A model generated the notes under the pieces. That model did not search any database. It was not told the DNA's origin and saw only the letters and a program-made list of their open reading frames with translations. From Trichodelitschia bisporula (Eukaryota), in contig ML996689.1 in the NCBI GenBank assembly GCA_010356995.1, positions 1,506,691 to 1,570,690 on the forward strand: 64,000 bases of DNA. The letters are read 5' to 3'. This document shows, piece after piece, positions 23,839-36,063 of the stretch (positions are counted from its first letter, which is position 1; every line of letters starts with the position of its first letter). The position numbers and the translations under genes were made by a program.

Positions 23839-26724
23839 TTACCGCTTGCGAGTCAGACGGAGCGCACCAGTCTTGAACAGGAAGAAGAGACAGCCGGAAA
23901 AGCGCAGCAGCGACAAGCCGGCCGTGACCCACAGGAGGGCAGCGAAGTAGCGGGCGGTACGCGTCTTCGATTGCATGTTACGCTATTCGAGTTAGCAAGC
24001 GCCTTGAAACAGGTTTTGTTACAACTTACCGGGAAGATGAAGTCAAACTTTTCACTGGTGATCACGATGATCAGGATGATGTTCGAGAAGATCCACGACG
24101 TGACAAGCTTGGTGCGGAAAGACTTGTACGAATCCTCGAGCGTCTTTTCCGTGCTCTCGACCGGTGGAACATAAGGCGACAGAGCGCGCTTCACCGTGGT
24201 TTCGAACTGGCTGTCAATATCTGCCTGAGCCAGATCGACTTCCTCGATAACCGTGTTCTTGCCATCCTCAGACTTCTCAGTCTTGGCCGAGGGAAGCGCA
24301 TCAGCCTTGTCGGAACCCTTGGTACCCCACGAGACATCGTGCCAATTGCAGAAGGCGTACACGTTCAGGATGTTGACAAATGACGGCATCAAGACGAGGT
24401 ACTGAGGGAAGGACGTGAACATGTGCCACGGGTCCATGTACAGGAACGAGGCAAGGAAGTACAGGCCGAACGTAGCGACGACGGCGATGAGGATAACACC
24501 GACACCATCCGCAGAGAAGAACTGCGCGAGATCGTCGATGTTCGACAGGCCCTGACCGCTGAGGGCACGCGCCAGCAGGTAGAAGGACAGGACGATGAGG
24601 TAGAGCTGAATGATACCGAAGACAACGAACGACACCGTGTACGTCCAGCGGGAACCCTTGGGACGATTGCCAAGCGCCAGGATAAACTGAAGAACCAAGA
24701 AGGCCAAGTAAATGTACTTGAGCACCGAGTTGACGTGCGGCGAGTAGCGGATCCCGAAAGGCCAACCCTTGTTCCCAATCTCAGACGCCGGCTGGGAAAT
24801 GTCATCGATGGTGCCACCGACGAGGTCCATGATGACTGACGTAGTCAGCCAGAAGGACGCCAACATGAACCAGGAGAGAATGGTCATGGCAACGTTGTAC
24901 AGCATCTGGATGACGAAGAACAGCTTCCGGATCGGATTGTGGCCGCTCTTGAACATGCGCCCGAAGTGGATCAGCGAGTAGATACCCGCAGCGAACGAAC
25001 CGTTGAGCCAACGGCGACGCTGACCGATGAACTCAGCAGCGCCCTCGGGCACGTCAGTCTCACCCTTCGAGGCCTTGACGTAAGTAAGATGCCACTTGGA
25101 ACCAGCTTTGGCGACCAATTCGAAACAGAGGATACGATCCTCGGCCAAGAACATGTTCTTCTTGAAAATGTTCATGCCGTCGATACCCTTCTTTCCAAGA
25201 ATTTTGGACAGAGTGTGGTCACCGTGGAAGTACTGCTCCAGAGGACGGCCCATGATAGCGCGATACCGGTAAGCGGAGAAAGCACCCGGCAAGACGCTGA
25301 CGTAGCCAAAGGAGCTCTCCAGAGGCTTGTCCAAGATGTTACTGATCTTGTACTCGAAATTCTGGCCGGCAATCAACGGGTTCAGGAGGTTCTTCCAGCC
25401 CTTGCCCAACATGGCGTGGATCTCACCGCAGGCGCCGCCCAAGTTCTTATCGTTGTAGAAAGCCTCCCACAGCGACAGAAGCGACTTCGGACCGGGCTTG
25501 GTGCCAGCATCGAGAAGAATACAGACTTCCGGGTTCAAGATACGACCAAAGGCGGTGAAGAGCCAGCGATGCGAGTTGATCTTCTTGCTGTTCCGCTGCT
25601 TCAAACAGAACATCATCTGAACGGGAGGAAGCGTCGAGCTGGAATCATCCAGCGGCCGAATGAGCTGCTGATTAGGGGAGACTGAAAGCTGAGTGGTGTA
25701 CTCGAAGATATGCGCCGTCGTTTCCTTGCCGTCAATGTCGCGCTTCATGATACCGTCTTGGTAGATGCCAATGGTAGCCAAAACATCCAGAGTGCCCTTG
25801 TCGCAGGGGTCGATACCGTCAAAGACGAGGCAAACCACAATCTTCTGCCAGGCAGGGCCGCCCTTGTTCCAGAACTCGGACTTCTTCAGGTTGACGATGT
25901 CACGGATGTTCTGCATCACACCGTGGAGCGTGCGAGAAGTCAGGACCTTGTCCTCGTTGTAGTACGTGATGGCGATAAGCAGCTCAGTGTGACGGTTGTA
26001 AATGGCAGGGCGGAGGTTGTACCCGTTCTTCAGGGTGAAGTCGTTCGGGTCGCATGTGGCAGCGGTGTCTAATGGTCAGTTGTGGTCAAAATCGCTCAGG
26101 AAATTAACTTACAGCGCAGATGCGTGAATTCCTCGCTACCAGCTTCGAGGTCATTGCGATACTTCGCCTGGATCGCGTTCTGGATGGCGCTCGGCACAGG
26201 ATAGTCGGCACTAAGAACGGCACCTTGGACAAGCTTGACTTTGCGAGTCGCATTGCGCTTCAGACCGCCAGCACCGCCGCCGGGCTGTTGACGCTGACGC
26301 CAGGCCTCCGTGGAGCTCGTCTCGCTCCGGCTGTAGGGGGAGGGGGCGCGACCAGGAATCTCGTAGCCAGTAGGCTGTTCCATGTAGCCACCGTTGTAAC
26401 CGGGAGCATTGAATGAGTTATCGGGAGCGTATGTCTCTGTTAAGCTGTACGTCGACGCGGGCCGCACGTTCGGGGTGTGCAAGCGCTCCGGGCCCTCAGC
26501 GTACGCGTTGCCAAAGGGGCCGGCACGCGTGCCCGTCGGATCATCGTGGAGCAGCGACTGCCCCACCTCTTCCTCATCGGAATGGCGCGAACCCGGATGG
26601 TATTGCTGATGATGATGTTAGCCTGGATCGCGAAAGCAAAGTAGTGATCACTTACACCCGGGGGAAGGTCATTCATCCGGTGGTCGCCATAGCCGCCGCT
26701 GCCACCAGCACCCTGATACGCCAT
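23839..26724 (-). CDS. Chitin synthase, class III (ChsB/ChsG-like); introns 26655-26606, 26112-26069, 24029-23983
   Basis: RYTAATCDP across a splice junction, [51 protein letters not shown]-terminal [21 protein letters not shown] typical of class III. Confidence 0.95.
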
Positions 26725-28327
26725 GGCTAATGGTCGTTAGGGAGAGGAGTAAGAAGTTGAGAATACGACGCTTAAAGGATGCTTCAACGCGATGTAAACC
26801 CAAGAACGAGGGGAAGTGGTGATGAAGGGAGTGCGGTTTGAGGGTGAGATAGAGAGTAGTTGAAGGCAAAGGGAGTTGGCAACTCTTGATCAAGGGCCTT
26901 GCTCAGCTCGCCAACGGCCTGGCGGGACGGACCCGCTTAGCAACGCCAAGGGCCAGCTGCAAGCGGTTAGGGGGGGGGTGCCTTTGGGAAGGAACGACCG
27001 GGGGGGTTGTGCGAATGTGCGTGGAAGGTGTGCGGGCCCTAGGGGGCGGTGGATAGTGGGGCGAAGCTCTTGCCTCCACAGCAAAGGCGCAGTGAGAGTG
27101 GAATGCAGGGCCCTTATGGAGGGTCCAGCAGACCCTTCTTCGGAGTATCCGCCACAAGGGTTCAAGACCCCCGCCCCACTGTGTTTTTCCCCGTGGCTGA
27201 AGTGTGAATGGATTGGAGAGGGGAAAGTGAACGCATACGAAGTACCGTTCCAAGAAGATCGAGAGGAGAATAGACGTCCAAAGCATTTGGCTCGTCTCCT
27301 CTCCGCTCAACTGCTTTGCCTCCCAAGGGGTTGATTACTGCGGAGTACGGAGAAGGGAAGAATGGGAAAGGGTAAGTGGGGAACGCACCAGTCGGAACAA
27401 GAATGTACCTATTCGATGCCTGCCAAAAGAGCCCCCTGTTTCAGAACTTTCGACCGCGCAACTCCTTCAATTCACTCGATGCACCTAAAACGCGTCTCTC
27501 TTCGTTCGTCTGGCTTGCGAAGCTGCAACTTTCTTGGATGTTTGATATAATGTGCAGACTGCAGCAGAAGCAGATCGGGCGGGTAAACGGTCAAACAAAG
27601 CGGCAAAGGCGTGTGTGTTGGTGGAGGCGCGGGCAAAAAGGGCCTATATAGTGTCGATCTCACACCGAGATACCAGCCATGTGCTTATGCCACGCAGAAG
27701 AATATGGTGTCTCGCAGACCCAAGCGGCTATCCTAGATGCGAGTCTGACTGCACCACGACGGCACACTCAAATCTCTTCGCAGCAACAGACTTCTTCGGA
27801 GTAACCAGACCTCACAGCCTCTCACCGCGTCTCTCTCAGCGCTTCCCCCCCAAAAATAGCCCCGCTTGCCCAGATCCGCTGGCTGCGCCACAGCTGGGCA
27901 TTCAACCCTGGCTCGGATCAGCCACGAAGCGCCACTAGCAAACCGATCTCACCGGTGCCGCAGTGAGCTGGGCAACTATCAAGCCATTCCATTTTCCTCG
28001 CCAAAGCCGCATAATTAACCCTCATCGTGGTTGAAGATTTTGCTGACTTGCTGAGCTTCATCAAAACATACCCAGATCAATTGGCTCAGCGCCACTACAT
28101 AGTCCTCGCTCGTCTCCGCGCCTGTCTCCCATCCCAGCACGGGGCTGAGCAACGACACCTCACCATTCGCGCTTTGTTCATGCACTCGCCCATCGCTGCT
28201 GTCCGACGCTCTGCAGCCCAATCGCGCTCCCCGCAGCCTTGCACAGCACCCACGCCGACCCATCGAGCCTCGCAGCGTGTTCCCACCCGCATCGAAACAC
28301 AACCTCACCGGGGCATCACCGGATATC

Positions 28328-29492
28328 ATGGCCCAATATGCTACCCCCCACACATTGGTTATCGTCTGTTGCCATGCTGTATACCACGGCCGTGGGTCCG
28401 GAGCCGAATCTCCCGAGGACGAAGTCTCGTGGGCCCTCGCATCTTTCCAGAAGGGCGAGCAGACGACATTCCTTCTTCATGCGGATGCTGCCCTGCGGAT
28501 TGCGCGCCGCGACCCTTCACACACAACCGTGATATTCTCAGGCGGACGGACCGCACGCGCCTACCCCGCACTCAGCGAATCCGAGTCGTATCTGGCAGCA
28601 CAAGCAGCCGTGGGGAGCTCGCTTGCAAATCTTGATGTGGATGTAGAGACATTCGCGACGGACAGTTGGCAGAATATTGTGTTTTCACTTCTACGATTTT
28701 GGTGTGTGCGTGGCGCATTCCCGCACAATATCGTTGTTGTGACGCACGCCTTCAAGACTGAGCGCTTTCTGAAGCTCCATCGTCAAGCGCTCAGGTGGCC
28801 GACAGAACAGTTTAGGGTGCTGGGGATCAATCCGCCGTTCAATGGTAAGCCGCTCGCCTCTGCGATGCTGTATGCTTGCTGCGTTTCCATTTTGCGAGTT
28901 TCCCCTTGTATTCGCCATATATGGCAAATCTCCTCGTCTTCCTACAGTATATGGTGCAGGCATGGCCGAGGCCTTGTGGCGATCCTCAATCCTCAATATC
29001 GAGATACCAGGCACAACCCCACCGCAAATCCTCTTGTTACACACCCATCCCATGCTTCAATATCGCAATGCTGGCGATGACATCACGTTAAGATATTTTC
29101 GTCCGATAAGCCATGTTTTGTAAACATTTGGCCCCTATGACATCACGCTCAACGTCTCACCCTACCTCAAACTTCTCACTGTACCGTTCACAAATTGAAT
29201 ATAATTACCACAGCCTCAACTGATCATACCAGAATCCTCACTTGTCGGCGCTCTGGCTGGCGAAGCTACCGCCTATGCCGCCTGGCAGCACGATCTCTAT
29301 GGGACGGGCACTGTTTTGAGAGCGAAGCGTGAGTCGCGCGGATGGCAACAGGAGGCGTTGGAGGAGATGTGGCGTTCGTATGGCCTCGAAGCTGAGCGGC
29401 AAGACCCAATCGTAGCGGAGCGCTGGAAACTGTTCCTGACCTGGGACGGAAGTAAGGTATACGAGGGAACCCTTCCGTGGATGCAGGGCTAG
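28328..29492 (+). CDS. DUF218-type conserved fungal protein (exons 28328-28844, 29233-29492)
   Basis: LVIVCCHAVY, VIFSGG.T, SESESY, ETFATDSWQN..FS, THAFK..RF..LH. Exon 2, which is not in the ORF track, reads ESSLVGALAGEATAYAAWQHDLYG..LRAKR..RGW...LPWMQG* in the correct phase. Confidence 0.85.
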
Positions 29493-31324
29493 GATGGGAT
29501 GGTTATTGGATATGAGCTCTGATAAGCATTTGCATCGGAGAGTTGACGATGTCTTGTTCACCTCCACGACGCCTAACCCACGCCGTGCCATTGCAGATCC
29601 CGCATCTGATGCAAAGACATCAAATGTCTTAAGCTCAGGCGTATTCAGCTTGCTGCGGGTGGCATCTCCTGGGCTGGCTGGGGCGTTTTGCGTCATGCAC
29701 GCAGAGGCTGAGGCTGAGGTCAGCTTACAGAATAATTCGCACCCTCACCATCATGCGAAATCGCTTCCCGTGTCTGAGCTATCCAGCTGGCTGCGGCTGA
29801 AGTGTGCTTAAACGTGCAGAAGCTGGCGTTCTGTGTGCGGGGGAGCTGAGAGGCCAGTTGCTTAGTAGTGGGGGAGGGAATGCATACCACAGCTAATGTA
29901 GCCTTATCTCATCCAGTAGCGTCGTGGAGAACAACCTCAGAAGCGAAGCGATATGTTGGACTAGACTCCCTCTTCTGTCAACCGATGTAGGCTTTAATGC
30001 TGCGGGTTGCCTGACGTCTAGCAGAGTTTGTCGAGGTAAGGCATCCTAGCTTACCTACGCCTAGCTTCATATGCAATCTGGCTTTGTGAGAATGAGATTT
30101 CGCTTATTGGATGGCCTGAAGGATCAAGGTTGGGCCGAGCCGTGCTCTGCGCTTCAGTACCGTACAGTCCGCTTCCATCAAGAGGATAATGCATGGTTTA
30201 TCTTCCGCTGCACCCGATGCTTCGCGACGCCTGAGTGTCCCCGTGATTTCCAACAACCGGGATAGCCCAATATATAACCGCGCTCGTTCTACAAGACAAC
30301 CTCGGAACGATAGCGAGGGTGCCTAATATCCTGCGAGCGACAGTTGCTAGCCAGAATAGTCAAGACCTCGAAGAGCCCATACGTTGTAGGCTATCAGGTT
30401 ATGCATTATTCAACTTTACCATCAGTTTTCTCAGTTTAGATTCGACGTTGACGGACTCCGTACGGCCCATAACATATCGTCCTTTGTTTGCAAAAGGCTC
30501 AAAGACCGCGAGATTATAGGTCTGTTGCTCTTCATGCCACGCACTCACTTGCAGACCAGAGATGAATGTGGGGGTGGAGCTGTGTTGTTTTCTGGACGAG
30601 GGGGCCTGGAATTCACTTAACGACAGCACAAGTGCGGGGTGCTTTCAGCGTAGAGGTTGTCTTTGATTTCATATCTGCATTCCATCTATCATTTAAACAG
30701 CATTGCCCATCGACATAATCCTCCATTGCGGCGAGTTTGTTGTCCGAACAGAGTTATCCAGGCACCAACCAGCTGTCGACGAATGAGTTCTTTTGGTCAA
30801 GCACGAGTGGTGGAGCTTCAGAGCACAATCAACGAAGACCATAGAGATCTGTATCTGCGCTAAGCTGGAACGGGAAAGGCGCGGGTGCGGCGGAAGTGAA
30901 AGCCGATGTTAAGGCCGATGGTGGATTTACCGTTTGATGGTCCACGCGACAAACTTTGAACCGTGGAACTGAGATGGACGCGTTCCTTCCATTCCTACCG
31001 TCTCTTTGCTTGAAGGCCCTTTCACTGGTTCAGTTGGGTGGTGCGCTAAGCCTTACACCCTCTTGTGACTGCAAAATCGTGGTCATTGTTGCAGTGCACG
31101 GGCCACTATATGGCCAAGCCATCCACCTACGTAAAGGATCCAAACTGCCAAACCACCACGTTCTTCGCTTTCTCTTCCTTAAATACGCCGCACCCTCCAT
31201 CACTTCCAAACCAGAACTCTTGCTACCTCTCCCCGTAGCGAAGCGCTCGAGAAATTTTGCAGCATCAGCTCCCCATTGAGATCTCCACAAACTGCAATCT
31301 CTTCACTGCATCTGCTTCTCCAAA

Positions 31325-31927
31325 GCGTCGCCCTGTGCTCCCTGTCTCCAGAACTACTTCCGTCAAAGGTAACCGCATGTTTATCCTCTTCAGTTCCTTC
31401 ATTAACTCATATTCCCGCAGCTTACGCTTCCCCTGCCCCTTGTACGACTGTCGTAAGGCTTCGACAGTTGTTCTACCTCAAGAGCCACCTTGTACTTTCC
31501 GCCTGCACTTCCGTCAGAGGTACCGTATATTTATCTGCTGGAGCTCCTTCATTAACTCATATACCGCAGCTTACGCTACATCTGCACCTTGTACGAGTAG
31601 CGCAAGACTTCGGCGGCTGTTCTATCCAGAGAGTCACCTCTGCTCTCTGCCCCTACATTCTACCCAAAGGATCACCTCTGCTCTCTACCTCCACATTCTC
31701 CCCAACGAGTCACCTCCGCTCTCTACCTCCACATTCCCCTCAAAGTGTCACCTCTGCTCTCTACCTCCACATTCTCCTCAAAGAGTTGCCCTGTGCTCTT
31801 TGCCTCTACTTCTGTCAAAGGTACCGCATATTTGTCCCCGGAGCTCCTTCAGTAACTTACATTCTCGCAGCTTACGCTACATCTACCCCTTGTACAAGTA
31901 CCGTACGACTTCGTCAGTTGTTCCACC
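31325..31927 (+). repeat. Triplicated ~110-150 bp leader unit (each copy has a 50-52 nt intron-like segment) plus a 38-bp tandem array, directly upstream of the mex67 ATG
   Basis: Three copies of CTTC(C/T)GTCA(A/G)AG|GTA..TCCTTCA.TAACT...CGCAG|CTTACGCT..CCTTGTAC. 38-bp units start at 31634, 31672, 31710, 31748 and (degenerate) 31786. Confidence 0.9.
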
Positions 31928-34084
31928 ATGGCAAAGGGGAGCAAACGCGTTGGCGCCGCCAAGTCGCGCCCCTCCGCCAGCAAAGGCAGCGATGTCGTGA
32001 TGCGGGACATTCGCGAGAAAGCAGCTCAACGCCGCCGCACAGGTCCTAAAGGCTCGGTGAAAATCGCCGTGACTGGCTTCCACTCAACATCCTGGTGGTC
32101 ACATGACCCTGGCCAGATTTCCGCCCTGGTCGAGCAGCGCATCAGCGTGTCTGAAACAGGCCCTGGCACTCGGAATACAAATGGTGGCGTCCGCAAGCGC
32201 AAGATCAAGAAGAACAATGGCTCCAAAATTCGCAAGGTTCGTTAATAATCCTCGGCACACCTGTTTTCTCGTACGGAAAGCTGCGACACTTCGGTGGTTT
32301 CCTTGACAATCCGAGCATTCTCTCTGCTCCCCGCCTATGCACGACCGCTCAAGTTAAACTGCGGCTTTGTTGAAATTCGGCTCCGGTACTTGGACGCTTT
32401 CACATGCCACGTCGGGTTTTATGCGGCGGCACATGGCACACTGAGGTCACTCCAGCAGCTGGGACGAAGCTGTGTTTTGCAAGGTAACCCTTTCATGGAA
32501 GCTAATAGATCATAGCCCGCAATTTCCGGCACTATTGCGTACCTCACGGTCAGTGGCGATCTCGCACCCAAGGTTCTCGCACTTGACGGCCTCCGCATCA
32601 AAGATGCCGTGTTGCACTTCGATACAAACGTTCGGGAGGTGCGTGTGGTGGAGGCGCTCCGCCGGGCTGCTGGATCGAGTGGCTTGAGTGAGGGCGATCT
32701 CAAAGTTCACCTTACGAACACCCTCAGTCGGCGGTTCAAAAAGGAAGCTGCGCTGTTGGATCTTTGCGGAATGGCGTACGATACGGATCTCAGCCCGCTT
32801 GGACTCCAGTTTGCGGAGCCAAGCAGCCCCTTGTTTGTGGCAATGATGGCCATTTGCGACGTGGAGTTGGGGACCGCGATGGATAAGGCCGCTTCTGTCG
32901 TCCACGTTTCTCTCGCCAACAACAATATCGGTGATTTGGAAAGCGTGGCTACGCTTGCGGAAACGTTTCCGGAACTCAAGAGCCTCGACCTCTCTGGGAA
33001 TCCCCGACTTGGCAACCAACCCAAGTTTCCGTCACTCTGGAAGCGGGAATTCAAAAAGCTCGAAACCCTTGTCTTGGACAATGGCCCCCTTCTCAGTACT
33101 GCCGATGTCCGGCATATCATTGGCTCATTCCCCCGCCTTCTCAACATCAACGGCATCAAAATCCCGGACGATTTGCGCAAGAAGGTCAAGGGGTCGTTGG
33201 TTGTTCTTCCCGGACAGTTCAAGGATGATGGCGGTGTCGGTTCCCAGTTCTTGGCCAATTTCTTCGCTGGTTATGACAACGATCGTCAGGGACTGGTGGA
33301 TTACTACTACGACGACGCTTCCATGTTTTCCCTTGTCGTCAACAATGAGGCGGCGAGGGTGTCTGACGGCATAATTCCCAAGGGAGAGTGGGCCGCCTAC
33401 ATCCACGAAAGCCGCAACCTGAAAAAGCTGGACAACCAGTCGGCACGTTTGAAGCGCAAGCACGTTGGCAAGCAATCCATTCGCAGTGTCTTCAAGGCGC
33501 TGCCTGCCACCCAGCATCCATCGCTCGCAGAGGAACCTGGCAAGTGGATGGTCGAATGCGTAATACATCCAGGTGTCCCGGACCCCACTGGACGGGTCCC
33601 AGGCGGTGTCAACGGGCTTCTGATCACCACTCATGGCGAATTCAAGGATGACCATGTTCTCAACGAAGCCCACAACGTCAAGACCCGGAGTTTCGATAGG
33701 ACATTCATCATCGGTCCAGGTAGCGAGCCTGGTAGCATTCGCATCATCAGCGACATGCTCGTCATCCGCGGCTTCGGCGGCGCCGATGCATACAACGTTG
33801 GCATTGCTACTGCTGGCGCTGCCGCCCCTCCTCCGCCCCCACTTGTCGTACAACCGGTACAGCAACTTACGCCGCAGCCGGAAATCCAGCAACCGGTCAT
33901 GCAGCAGTCGGACTCGGATGACGCGCAAAAGCAAGCTATGGTTACCGAACTCTGCAGACTGACGGGTCTGAATGTGGGCTACTCGACGTTGTGTCTCCAG
34001 GAGACTGGTTGGGCTTTTGACGCTGCCCTTCAGGCGTTTCAGTCTGCGAAGGACAGGATCCCCCCCGAAGCGTTTGCTGTTTAA
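31928..34084 (+). CDS. MEX67: mRNA export factor Mex67/NXF1 (exons 31928-32236, 32516-34084)
   Basis: LRR (VSLANNNI..L..LAETFPELKSLDLSGN), NTF2-like domain (FLANFFAGYDNDR..YDD.SMFSL..RSFDRTFIIGPG..IISDML), TAP-C/UBA (LTGLN..YS.LCL.ETGW.F..A...F....IPPEAF). Exon 1 joins in phase 0 through a GTTCGT..GCTAAT..TAG intron. Confidence 0.88.
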
Positions 34085-34123
34085 CTGAAGCGAGCAGTGG
34101 TACAGTGTGGGAGAGGAGGAATT

Positions 34124-34200
34124 GAAGGAACTTGTGTTCGGAAGGAACTGGTGTTACGGAAGGAATTCGTGCTCGGAAGGAAGTGGTGCTCAGGAGGAGC
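34124..34200 (+). repeat. ~17-bp degenerate repeat GGAAGGAA(c/t/g)TNGTG(t/c)T, four copies, downstream of the mex67 stop
   Basis: Read directly from the sequence. Confidence 0.8.
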
Positions 34201-34640
34201 GCTGGTGAAAAGGCATGAATGGGTGGACGGACTGATTTATACTGGGGTTTGTGCATCTTCATGGGATGTGTTTTCAATGGGTTGGAAACAGGGAAGGCGT
34301 TATGATGGCGGCTGTATACCCCACGACATGTTAAGGGTGTTTATGCATATGGTGTGCTATCGAAATGGGTTCTTCGCTGACAAAATGAAAAACGGTGCAA
34401 TCCATTGACAACGTGCCTCTGCCCAACGTGCATAGACTTACCCTCTGCGTTGGCCATCCTGGGCGCGGAGATACCATCCTGGGCCTCGGATGCACCTCGC
34501 GGCACGCCGCACCGCACCCGGCGGCCGAGCTCACCTCCGCCTCCCGCAACGCCTCACCAACCCACCCCCCCCCCCTCACCGCCGCCATTCTGTCGAAGCG
34601 GAATGCCCTTCTCGCCGTCTGTTCGCGGGCTGCATACACC

Positions 34641-35808
34641 ATGGCCAACATGAGACCTCACCACACGGTTCGTCTCCTCCCCAGGCTCAACGACGAGAAG
34701 CCGACGTCGCTGTGTGGACATTGACGCTGATACGCACAGGCCGCCATCGCGCGCCTCCGCGACTATACCCCTCCACCGACGACATATTTCTCCCTCCCGC
34801 TCTCGCGTCGCGCCGCAGTGCTCATATTGCTGTATGCGGACCGCGGCGGCGATTTGCGCGTCGTGCTTACTATGCGCGCGAAGACGCTGAAATCATGTGC
34901 GCCCCTCTTCCCCCCCCATTCTCAACCACCCAACTAACCCACCCCGAATAGACGCAGGCCAAGCCGCGCTCCCAGGCGGCAAAGCCGACACCGTTACCGA
35001 AACACCTTTCACTACGGCCCGCCGCGAGGCAGAGGAAGAAATCGGCCTACCCGCTTCGCCAGGCGGTCTCCCGCAGCCCTGGAGGATTACGCACCTCGCG
35101 CAACTGCCCACGAATCTTGCCCGGACGGAGTTGGGTGTAAGGCCATGCGTCGCGCTCCTCGCGCCGGATCCCGCGTACACACCTCCGCCGGGCCAACCGC
35201 TGCCGCTCGCTGAGGACGTGCTCATCCCTAGGCTCGACGCGCGGGAAGTGGCGGCTGTGTTCTCGGCGCCGCTGAGGGACTTTTTGAGGGTGGGGAGGGA
35301 GACGCGCGGGCAGCCCTGGTACGAGGGCGTGTGGATAGACTGGTATGCGACTGCGTGGCGGATGCATAATTTCTACGTCCCGGTTGAGAGCGGGCCGGTG
35401 GTTTGGGCGCCGGAGCGGGGAAACAAGGGGCGCCCGGTTGTGGCGGGGAGTTCGTTGCCTTATCGCGATATTCCGCAGCAGAGGGCACGGGGCAAGGATG
35501 AGGGGGCGAGGATGGGCGCGGGGGAGAGTGTGCCTGTTGCGGTGGGGCGGGAGGCGGCACGGTTGGTAGGGCAGGAGGAGGAGGGTGGGAGGGCGCTGAG
35601 TGCGTTTCGCGTGTTCGGGATGACGGCACGGATATTGGTTGATTGTGCGCGGGTTGCTTATGGGGAGGAACCGGAGTTTGAGCATAATTCGCATTTTGGG
35701 GATGAGGAGCTTATTGGGAAGTTGATTAAGAGTGGGCGGTTGGCGGCGGAGAGGACGCCTGGGGCGGAGATCACGAGGGAGGATTTGCTTGCTGCGTCGA
35801 AGATATGA
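34641..35808 (+). CDS. PCD1: Peroxisomal Nudix CoA diphosphatase Pcd1-like; introns 34668-34739 and ~34897-34951
   Basis: RRAAVLILL..D..G.LRVVLTMR, YAGQAALPGGKAD..ETPF.TARREAEEEIGL Nudix box, VFGMTARIL. C-terminal SKI is PTS1-like. Confidence 0.9.
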
Positions 35809-36063
35809 GATGGTAGGGCATACGTCACGATGTTGGGAAGAAGATGTAAATGAGACCATCTGTTTCGGCGCCTCCTATGGAGGACTGCCTTCTACGAATG
35901 CTAGTTTACAAGGAAATCAGAGTCTACTGGCGTGTACTGCCTGTACAAACAATGCCCAGTGATTCACGGCGCGAAGCCGCATTAGTTACCCAAAACGCCG
36001 TGCTTCCAAAGCCTCAACACCCCTCAGAGAACCAGAGAAAGTGGAGGTACACAAATCCCAAAA

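Noticed and set aside
28844..28952. Possible stwintron (G|GTAAGC..CAG|TATATG) in the DUF218 intron
   Set aside because: It would shift exon 1 to phase 0 and break the frame with exon 2, and the reconstituted donor is poor.
31634..31820. 38-bp array as a CRISPR-like array
   Set aside because: Head-to-tail repeats without unique spacers, in a eukaryote, with no cas genes.
31257..32049. 247-aa and 257-aa ORFs across the mex67 leader repeat as independent proteins
   Set aside because: Non-ATG starts, and stop-poor pyrimidine repeats explain their length. Only ATG 31377 is retained as a possible uORF.
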